From contig JAAFKI010000196.1 in assembly GCA_021399345.1 (NCBI GenBank), forward strand, positions 1 to 35,832: a DNA stretch of 35,832 bases. The letters are read 5' to 3'. How positions within the stretch are numbered: the stretch's first letter is position 1; every line of letters begins with the position of its first letter. This DNA is from Candidatus Heimdallarchaeota archaeon. GTDB lineage: Archaea; Asgardarchaeota; Heimdallarchaeia; Heimdallarchaeales; Heimdallarchaeaceae. The position numbers and the translations under genes are program-made. This document shows positions 28,432-35,832 of this stretch, piece by piece. Under the pieces are notes generated by a model that was given only the letters and a program-made list of their open reading frames with translations, was not told where the DNA came from and did not search any database.

Positions 28432-30492
28432 TTAAAAATCTACTTTAATAGCATCACTAAAAACTAAATGCGGACCAAATAATTCTTGAACTTCAAAATC
28501 AATTGCATCACTAACTTCATCAGAAAGCTCTCCAAAGAATTGTTTAGGGATATCAATTTGAGAGAGTTTATCGGTTAATTGATGTATTTTTCGACGCAAA
28601 GAAAACGAATCTAGAGCACTGACTGCCACAGAACTGAATCCCTTCGGATGAGCTTCAATAATGATTTTATGGTTTCCATAAGTTATGACAAGCATCTGAC
28701 TTTTTTGCTCCTCGAATAGCTCTGTCAACATATCTCTTACCGCAACTATGAACCCTCCAAAAAGTAGCTGATCTTTTACAGCCCTCTTCAGGATGACATA
28801 TGAGCGAAGTGGAATACCTGATCTATGAAGAATGATCAGTGCTAGGGGTGATGCATCAAAATCAACATAAGGCTTCTGCATATGTCTTAATCCCACCTCT
28901 TCCAAGATGCTAATATCCTTTCTAAATGGTTCATTTACCCAATCTATTTCTTTTACCTCTTCTATTGGAAAGAGCAAATTGATTTGCTCTATCTTACCTT
29001 CAATTAACTTATGCAGTTGAGGAAGATTATTTTCTGACGCTAGCTCTTTTGCTTGTTGAAGTCGATTAAAAGATCGAGTATAATCTTCTTGCAGTGCTAG
29101 GATTTTACCTTGTAACAAATAGAGTGCTACTTGTTCTTTTACTAGTTTATTCTCAGAGAAATATGGGATTAAATCATTGAGGTTATTCAAAGTTAAACCT
29201 AATATTTTTTTGTCCTTTTCTAAATCATAATTTTCTAATTGCATCAAAACAAGATTCATCAGAATCTTTGCAGATAGCTCTCCACTTCCGTGTCTATCAG
29301 CGATTTCTAATGCCTTGGAAAATTCTTCAACAGCTTGACCATAGTTTAGTTTCTTTACACTATACATGCCTTTTAGGAGAAAAACATAAGACTCAATTAT
29401 AGGGGAGGGGTTTGTTCTGATTTCTTCTACTATAGAATTCAAGAATATTTCAAAGTCTGTTAAACGATTGGTCTGCAGATATAATTCAGCTAAGGTACAA
29501 TAGTGGTAAGTTTCTTTCATATTGAGCTTTTCAATAATTTTCAATGCTTCTTCATATTTTTTAATAGCATCGTTAAATTGACCTCTTTCTATAGCTATGT
29601 CTCCCAAGCACTTTATTGTGAGTGCTAAATATCTATTTGCTTCTAGATCCTTAAAAATATCTAAAAGTTCTGTGAATTCCTTCTCTGCTGCATCTAAATT
29701 GCCTGTTACGCTATTCAAGGTAGCTATATTTCCTCTTACAGCTGTAAGAATCAGTTGATTACCAGTCGATTCAAAAAGAGATTTAGCTTTTTCTGACATT
29801 GAGAGAGATTCGTCTAATTTACCACTATCACGATTTAGTAAAGCGAGAAGATAACAGAATTTTGCTATATGATTTCTATCTCCTAAATCAGTAGCAATTT
29901 GAAGAGCTAGATTAATTTTGTTTTCTAATTTTATTTTTTCTTCGACATATCTATTGAGAAAGAAATTATCTGCATGACCATCAAGAAGTATATCATTGAG
30001 AATCTGTTTTTGATCAGTAGGTAGTTTTTGAGATGTAAAAGCTTCTTCAAACAAAATGTTGAGGTTTATCCTGCATTGTTCGTAGTTTCCAAGATTAAGA
30101 TAACCATAAGCAATAGACCTAATAGCATGTAATCTGAAAAGTGGGGAAATATCTTCAATATCTTTGATCTCAGAAGCTAGTCTAATTGCCACTTCGTTCA
30201 TCCCTTTTTCGAGTAATATTCGAATCTGCCATAATTTGATGCTATAGTGACTGTTTTTGTTAAAATTCTCAAGTGATGAATAATCAGAAATTGAGAAAAG
30301 GATTTTTCCAATGCTGAAAAGTAGATTAGCTGAGGGATTTTTTTGTTTTTCGACAAAATCTAGAAGAAATTTGCCTAATTTGACCAAAGAATCCTCTACT
30401 CTAAAATCTTCTTGGTATCTGGTTAATTCTTCTTGCTCAGACTTATCTAAAATAGGCAAGTAAATTGAAAATTCCCTAGGGAACCCAACCAT
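28432..30492 (-). CDS. TPR protein with C-terminal longin-like domain (triplet copy 2)
   Basis: TPRs (LGDIAIERGQFNDAIKKYEEALKI); LIILHRSGIPLRSY...DQLLFGGFIVAVRDMLTELF. Start MVGFP at 30492 follows a G-rich tract and removes the overlap with the upstream gene. Confidence 0.8.
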   Translation of the reverse strand: MVGFPREFSIYLPILDKSEQEELTRYQEDFRVEDSLVKLGKFLLDFVEKQKNPSANLLFSIGKILFSISDYSSLENFNKNSHYSIKLWQIRILLEKGMNEVAIRLASEIKDIEDISPLFRLHAIRSIAYGYLNLGNYEQCRINLNILFEEAFTSQKLPTDQKQILNDILLDGHADNFFLNRYVEEKIKLENKINLALQIATDLGDRNHIAKFCYLLALLNRDSGKLDESLSMSEKAKSLFESTGNQLILTAVRGNIATLNSVTGNLDAAEKEFTELLDIFKDLEANRYLALTIKCLGDIAIERGQFNDAIKKYEEALKIIEKLNMKETYHYCTLAELYLQTNRLTDFEIFLNSIVEEIRTNPSPIIESYVFLLKGMYSVKKLNYGQAVEEFSKALEIADRHGSGELSAKILMNLVLMQLENYDLEKDKKILGLTLNNLNDLIPYFSENKLVKEQVALYLLQGKILALQEDYTRSFNRLQQAKELASENNLPQLHKLIEGKIEQINLLFPIEEVKEIDWVNEPFRKDISILEEVGLRHMQKPYVDFDASPLALIILHRSGIPLRSYVILKRAVKDQLLFGGFIVAVRDMLTELFEEQKSQMLVITYGNHKIIIEAHPKGFSSVAVSALDSFSLRRKIHQLTDKLSQIDIPKQFFGELSDEVSDAIDFEVQELFGPHLVFSDAIKVDF

Positions 30493-30577
30493 ATTCCCCC
30501 TTTCATTCATTGGTTTCAAGATAAATAGGGATATGTTAAATAAAAATATTCGCTTCGTCAAAGAAGAGTAACTTATT

Positions 30578-32623
30578 TCATGGTCTATGACCCTTAATAC
30601 CAAAAAGGTTTCGTACAACAGAGTCCAGTTCGTAAAATTCAGTTTCACTTATGTCTCCTTTGTATTTATCACTAGAAAGACCTTTTATAGAGAGATTTTC
30701 AACCAGACGATGCATCTTCCTTCTTATCATGAAACTATCTCGCAAGGCTATTACTACAACTGAAAACACATTCGAATAGAACTCAATAAGGAGTTTATAT
30801 TGCCCGTGATCAATTGACATAACTTGTTGTTTTTGTTCTACAAATAATTCATTCATCAGATGTCGTATCGCACTTACGAACCCTCCAAAAAGAAGATCAT
30901 CACTAACACTCACATCTTCAGAGAGGTAAGAGCGTATAGGTATGCCACTGGAATGAAGAATTAATACTGCAATAGGTTTTTCTTCTTTAGGTGCAGCTAG
31001 TTTCTTGGATTCTTTTCTTAATATCTTTGATATGAGTTGAATATCGCCAAGAAAATCAATCACTCCCTCATCAATTATTTTAGCTACCTCACTTTCTATA
31101 GCGTTTTTCACTTGGTCTATTCTTTGTTTATAATCATCTATTAGCTGTGGAGTATATGTTCTGGCAAACTCTTCTCCTGTTTTAAGTAAGAATAGAGCTG
31201 TTTCAAAATCTAAAAGCACAATTTTTATTTTGGCTCTAATATGATAGATTAGTGAGAGAGATTCATATTTGGCTTTCTCTTCTAGATACGTAATAATATC
31301 TTCTAAACATTTATCTGCTTCAATTAACTCTTCAAGATTTGTTGTAATTGTATACTTCTTAAGGAAAACTATAGACAATAATACAAGTGTTTTGGAGCTC
31401 AGAATTTCATTTCCTAATTCATCGGCCAGAAGCATTGCCTTTTGAAGGAAATCTTGAGAATTACCATAATTGTTTTTCTTATATTCAAGAAAACCCAGTA
31501 AAAACCAGTAGTTTGATTTTTGAGTAGGGGTTAATTCTCTTTTTTTGAGTTTTTCTAGTTTAAGAAGAATAGATCCACTTTCTTTGACTTCATCTAAGTA
31601 TAATAAAATCTCAACATATTTCATCTCCATAGCTAAGTCTTGGAAACCTTTGTTCTGGATGATATCTAGTACCTTTTCCATTTCTTCTTTAGCTTTAACA
31701 AATTCTTCCTGTAAGAAATACACTTCCGCATAATTAGAATATAAAATGAACATAGATCGAAAATCACCAATCCAACTATTGATAATCTTCTTACTTTTAT
31801 CATAATAAAAAATTGCTTCAGAAAGGTGCCCCATTTGTCTATAAACATTTCCGATACTTTCAGTAATATGTCCTAATAATCTATCTATCTTGATTTCTTT
31901 AGCAATTGCTTCTCCTTTAAGAAAAAATTGATGAGCAAGCTGAAAATTCCCTCTTTCTAACTCTATATTACCAATTGAATTATAGGTTTGTGCCGAGCTT
32001 ATTCGGTCATTCAAGGCTCTATTGATGTTCAAAGATTCCTTAGTTTTATCTCTAGCAAGCGAAAGTATGTAAGTTGACTGAAGGTAAATTGCATCCAATT
32101 CGAGCATATAAATTTGAATGAGTTTGAATATCTCTCTAGATTCTTGCATATTTTCTGCGTCAGCAAAACCATAGAAATTGTAGCAATTTTCTCTATTCTC
32201 TTTATAAATCTGATAATCTTGAACTAAATATGCTTTTATGGCCTGTATGTAATAAATGAACGCATAAAAAATTGATTTTTCCAATTCCTGTTTAATTGTT
32301 TCAAGAATTTTCGTAAATTCCTCAGAATTACCTTCATACATCAAACAAATCGAATACCAGAGCCCTAATCCTGCATTGGGATTATTTGAGTATAACTCCT
32401 TTACTTTTCCATATTTTCCTCTATGAAATAATATCCTACCAATGAGAAATGAGAAAGCATTTGAAATTTCTAAAAACTTGCTGAATTGCGAAACTAATAC
32501 TTCCTCTATTTCATCCAATTTGGACGTTTGAGAGAGATTTTCGTTGGTAAGTAAATAATTTCTCTCTTCCTCAGATAACAATAAGTATACAGACAATATT
32601 TCTGGAGGAAGATTTTCAATCAT
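30578..32623 (-). CDS. TPR protein with C-terminal longin-like domain (triplet copy 1)
   Basis: TPRs (IGNVYRQMGHLSEAIFYYDKS); VLILHSSGIPIRSY...DDLLFGGFVSAIRHLMNELF. Confidence 0.8.
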   Translation of the reverse strand: MIENLPPEILSVYLLLSEEERNYLLTNENLSQTSKLDEIEEVLVSQFSKFLEISNAFSFLIGRILFHRGKYGKVKELYSNNPNAGLGLWYSICLMYEGNSEEFTKILETIKQELEKSIFYAFIYYIQAIKAYLVQDYQIYKENRENCYNFYGFADAENMQESREIFKLIQIYMLELDAIYLQSTYILSLARDKTKESLNINRALNDRISSAQTYNSIGNIELERGNFQLAHQFFLKGEAIAKEIKIDRLLGHITESIGNVYRQMGHLSEAIFYYDKSKKIINSWIGDFRSMFILYSNYAEVYFLQEEFVKAKEEMEKVLDIIQNKGFQDLAMEMKYVEILLYLDEVKESGSILLKLEKLKKRELTPTQKSNYWFLLGFLEYKKNNYGNSQDFLQKAMLLADELGNEILSSKTLVLLSIVFLKKYTITTNLEELIEADKCLEDIITYLEEKAKYESLSLIYHIRAKIKIVLLDFETALFLLKTGEEFARTYTPQLIDDYKQRIDQVKNAIESEVAKIIDEGVIDFLGDIQLISKILRKESKKLAAPKEEKPIAVLILHSSGIPIRSYLSEDVSVSDDLLFGGFVSAIRHLMNELFVEQKQQVMSIDHGQYKLLIEFYSNVFSVVVIALRDSFMIRRKMHRLVENLSIKGLSSDKYKGDISETEFYELDSVVRNLFGIKGHRP

Positions 32624-32750
32624 TGGTTTAACGACTGATTTAACTATTAAAAAGTTTGATGAAAGCGCGGTTCAATTGAAAGAAAAATTAATAGTTCAGT
32701 TAATGTTTTAAGAATTAACACATATTTAAAATTGTACGAATGGAGATTTC

Positions 32751-34760
32751 ATGCATACTGAAGAGTCAACAAATATCTTGGAAACATATGTAAACCATTT
32801 ACAAAATATAGGTTTAAATCATCAGGAGAGCTATTCTCTGGTTTTAAAATTCTGGGTAATGGTCAATAACAAATTTATCAAGATTATAGAAAATAACAAG
32901 ACTATTTCATTATTGAATATTTATTCATCTAACAATTTCCATTTATCTGATTTTGTACCTCTCTTTGAATTTTACAAAGTTTCTAAGGTTTTGCTTAAAA
33001 AAGAATTAGTTGAAGATTTGTGTGGTTTCTTAGCAAATAAAGACATTGGGTTCTTACTCTCGACTATTAAGGATTTAAAATCTAGAAAAGCAATAGGACA
33101 ATATTTTACAAATCCTGAGATGATAAATCAGGTTTATCAAAATATAACAAACAACTCAAGATCACAGAGGAAATTTTCGGTAATGGATTTTTCTGCGGGA
33201 TTAGGCTATTTCTTAAAACCATTTCTAGAAGATAATTGTAATATTTATGGTGTTGAATTAGATCCACTAGTTTACGAATTAATGTTGTTTAGTTTTCTTT
33301 TTCACCCTACACTTACAAACAATGTTAAAACTAGATTAGTGTTAACTGTTAAGCAAGGAGATTCTCTAATTGGTTTCAAAGAGAAGACTATTGATGAAAT
33401 TTTTTCAAAATCTATTCTGAAAACAAATTTCCTTGAATTCATTTCTCTTAGAAACAAGATACTTACGATAGATAGAGAAATTGATCTTAATGATCTAAAG
33501 GAGTATTATGAAAGAAGAAACTTATTTGCTGAAAAAGCTAAAAACTTCAGAAGTTTCAACTGGGTGATAGATTTTCCTGAATTATTTTTTGATCAAAAAG
33601 GCAATTTGTTAGAAGAAATTGGTGTAGATTATGTTGTCGGCAATCCACCATGGGTATATTATAAGGATGTAGATGAAAAACATTATAAGAAAAATATTTT
33701 TGATCCTCGGATTTCGGATTTTCTAAGAGGTAAATACAACTTTTCCCTTCCTTTCGTGATTTTAGCTCATATTGTATCAAAAGAAAAAGGTAGTTTAGTA
33801 GTTCCTCAAGGGATTTTGACTGAAACATATGCTAAAGAGTGGAGGAAGGAGATTTTCACTAAAAGAGCCATTTCTGAAATAATCCTGTGCAAAAAAGATT
33901 GGTTTGAAGAGGTTGTTAATGAATTTAGTATCATTTTCTGGGACAAGAGAAGCAAGTTCTCTGAAATAAAGCTAAAAAATGAAATCACTGCTTCAGAATT
34001 TACAATTCCTTATGATTCAATAAACCAGGACTTGAATCTATTAAGATTACTTCCACCAGATATTTTGTCATTCCTTAATAAGATAGAAGCAGAATCACCG
34101 ATTCTTTCAGACTTCATTTCAATTAGACGAGGATTAACTCTAAGCAAAGAATATCAAAACTATTATAAGAGTAAGGAAATTAAGACAGAGGCATCAGATC
34201 AAGTAAAAAAAATACTTAGGAGTAATTCTTTCTTAAAAAATAAGGAGAATGGAGTATTCAATTTTCAGCTCTCTCATTCTGGGGAAACTTTTGTTTATGA
34301 CAAGAAATTATTAGGGGCACCTGGATCAGAACAGCTCTTTGAACAACCAAAAATAATTCGTCGAAATAGAGGAAAATTGTGGTATATAGGACTGGATTTG
34401 AATGGAGATTATTATGTCAATGACATTTTTGATATCATGTATTCTAAAAATAAGCAGATTTCAACTAAAATCATTTATGGTTATCTTTGTTCATCCTTTA
34501 TTCAACTGATTGCAGAAAGCCTCTTAGTTAGAGATATTACTTCGAATGTTGTAAGGCAGTTTCCTTTTCCAATGTTTAATTCCGAACAACTAAACAAAAT
34601 AGAGGAAAGTGTTGATAAATGGTTACTTTCTCAAAGTACGGAAAATGATTTTTCAAAAATGAGAAAGGAAGTAGATGAGATTGTTTTTGATTATTGGAGA
34701 TTTCCAGTTGAAATTAGAAAGTATATTATAAAAAATACTAATCTTCGTTGGAGAGAGTAG
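32751..34760 (+). CDS. Orphan N6-adenine DNA methyltransferase (Eco57I/TaqI-like, NPPW)
   Basis: GQYFTN, DFSAGLGYFL, GDSL, FNWVIDFPELF, VVGNPPW and PKIIRR...GYLCS motifs. No nuclease domain visible. Confidence 0.85.
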   Translation: MHTEESTNILETYVNHLQNIGLNHQESYSLVLKFWVMVNNKFIKIIENNKTISLLNIYSSNNFHLSDFVPLFEFYKVSKVLLKKELVEDLCGFLANKDIGFLLSTIKDLKSRKAIGQYFTNPEMINQVYQNITNNSRSQRKFSVMDFSAGLGYFLKPFLEDNCNIYGVELDPLVYELMLFSFLFHPTLTNNVKTRLVLTVKQGDSLIGFKEKTIDEIFSKSILKTNFLEFISLRNKILTIDREIDLNDLKEYYERRNLFAEKAKNFRSFNWVIDFPELFFDQKGNLLEEIGVDYVVGNPPWVYYKDVDEKHYKKNIFDPRISDFLRGKYNFSLPFVILAHIVSKEKGSLVVPQGILTETYAKEWRKEIFTKRAISEIILCKKDWFEEVVNEFSIIFWDKRSKFSEIKLKNEITASEFTIPYDSINQDLNLLRLLPPDILSFLNKIEAESPILSDFISIRRGLTLSKEYQNYYKSKEIKTEASDQVKKILRSNSFLKNKENGVFNFQLSHSGETFVYDKKLLGAPGSEQLFEQPKIIRRNRGKLWYIGLDLNGDYYVNDIFDIMYSKNKQISTKIIYGYLCSSFIQLIAESLLVRDITSNVVRQFPFPMFNSEQLNKIEESVDKWLLSQSTENDFSKMRKEVDEIVFDYWRFPVEIRKYIIKNTNLRWRE

Positions 34761-34806
34761 ATGAAATTATTATATTTTTATACTATTTTGTCTATTAATA
34801 TTGTAG

Positions 34807-35136
34807 ATGAGCTTCACCTACTCTGATTTGAATGTAGTTCTCACACATGAACAAGAAGACAAATTAGATAATGTTCTAACTGATTTAAGTCTTGTTTGTT
34901 CTATATTTGATGAGGAGATAGGACCTATCATAATATACAACGATTCCTTACTTAACAAAGAGGTTTTAGAAAATCTTAACATCAAAGTTTTTACTTTTCT
35001 TATGCAAGGAAACGATTTCGGTCCCAATAATTTTGCTAAGATGAGAGGAATAGTTCAGATTCCTCACTCAGAATATTATACTTCAGCAATAGATATTCTT
35101 GTGAGAAAAGAAGGTATTAATCACTTCTATGAATAG
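34807..35136 (+). CDS. uDENN/longin-like protein, possibly 3'-truncated
   Basis: LVCSIFDEEIGPIIIY resembles the FD-x3-GP beta-hairpin of uDENN/NPR2-type longin domains. Only 109 aa, and a tnpB element follows directly. Confidence 0.5.
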   Translation: MSFTYSDLNVVLTHEQEDKLDNVLTDLSLVCSIFDEEIGPIIIYNDSLLNKEVLENLNIKVFTFLMQGNDFGPNNFAKMRGIVQIPHSEYYTSAIDILVRKEGINHFYE

Positions 35137-35239
35137 TTTTTGTCATGTAGTCATATTAAGGGTACTATGAATCACTTTGAAAGACACTTACAATCAAATA
35201 TTACGGGAGCTTTTATAGGGAATTCAAGGGAGAAAGTTG

Positions 35240-35832
35240 ATGACGAAAGTACTGAGAGTAGAATGTATAGAACTTCCTTATCACCAAGCACTGAGTACTC
35301 TTTGTCATCAAGTGAAAAACCTCTATAATCGAGCGAATTTTCTATTGAAACAGTCGTTGAGGAAGAAGAATAAGTTGCTAGTGTACTATGACCTCAACAC
35401 TTTACTTAAGAAAGAAACGAGTTACAAAACCCTTCCTGCACAAACTGCACAACATACACTTAAACTCCTTTGCAGAAATTGGAAGGGATATTTTCGTGCA
35501 CTGAAGGAGTGGAAAAAGAATCCTATGTTGTTCTTCGCTATGCCCCAATCACCTAACTACAAAGCGAAGGATGGGGAAGTCGTAGCTATCTTCACCAACC
35601 AGCAAACGAGACTACAAAATGGCTGGCTAGTCCTTCCTAAGAAGGTAAACTTTTACTACAAAACTAGACTGACAACACGTACCACATTGAAAGAAGTAAG
35701 AATTGTCCCTAGACGAGTGGGTTACACTCTCGAACTAGTGTATGAGAAAGTCTTACCTAAACTGCGAAGACGTTTTACCAGGAAAGGTGCGATCGATTTA
35801 GGGTCTATCAACTTTGTAGCCTTTGTGGATAA
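35240..35832 (+). mobile_element. tnpB: IS200/IS605-family TnpB (RNA-guided endonuclease), 3'-truncated by the window
   Basis: Uninterrupted frame from ATG 35240: MTKVLRVE...CHQVKNLYNRANF...YKTLPAQTAQHTLKLLCRNWKGYFRALKEWKKNP...PNYKAKDG...EVRIVP...ELVYEK...GAIDLGSINFVAFVD (RuvC-I Asp). Not in the ORF track; no tnpA directly upstream. Confidence 0.92.

Noticed and set aside
30493-30648. N-terminal extension of the 738-aa ORF overlapping the upstream gene
   Set aside because: Met53 (30492) gives a length and N-terminus matching the paralogues and removes the overlap.
1940-33988. Many 60-141 aa ORF-track entries antisense to or inside longer genes (e.g. 6176..6601, 7339..7710, 10571..10906, 12007..12282, 33556..33828)
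   Set aside because: Shadows of well-supported genes, with no recognisable motifs.
32751-35136. Complete restriction-modification or BREX/DISARM system
   Set aside because: No nuclease, helicase, ATPase or PglZ-like gene next to either methyltransferase.
35140-35328. 62-aa ORF
   Set aside because: Overlaps the tnpB start in another frame.

Overview
An AT-rich archaeal window whose gene content points to an Asgard archaeon, most likely Heimdallarchaeia. This is inferred from a divergent TFB, TPR+longin-like proteins, a uDENN/longin-like ORF and C-terminally anchored surface proteins. From left to right: the end of a surface protein; a scar fusing two headless gene remnants back to back; a HEAT/Pro-rich/TPR protein; a divergent TFB head-to-head with an orphan N6-adenine DNA methyltransferase; a sulfate-activation module (cysQ, fused sat-cysC, AbrB-like regulator, two TauE/SafE permeases); a surface-glycan block (GT-B protein, asparagine-synthase-like amidotransferase, two FkbM methyltransferases bracketed by remnants of an inverted paralogue, GT4-like, TagF-like, IspD/TarI-like, GT-C); a tandem pair of small membrane proteins; an MFS-DUF47 fusion; an anchored metzincin; three tandem ~680-aa TPR-longin genes; a second orphan N6-MTase; a short uDENN-like ORF; and a TnpB cut off by the window edge. 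The best candidates for undescribed systems are the TPR-longin triplet with the neighbouring uDENN-like gene, and a possible PAPS-supplied polyol-phosphate surface polymer locus. No rRNA, tRNA or CRISPR array was recognised. All family assignments come from motif recognition by eye, without database searches.
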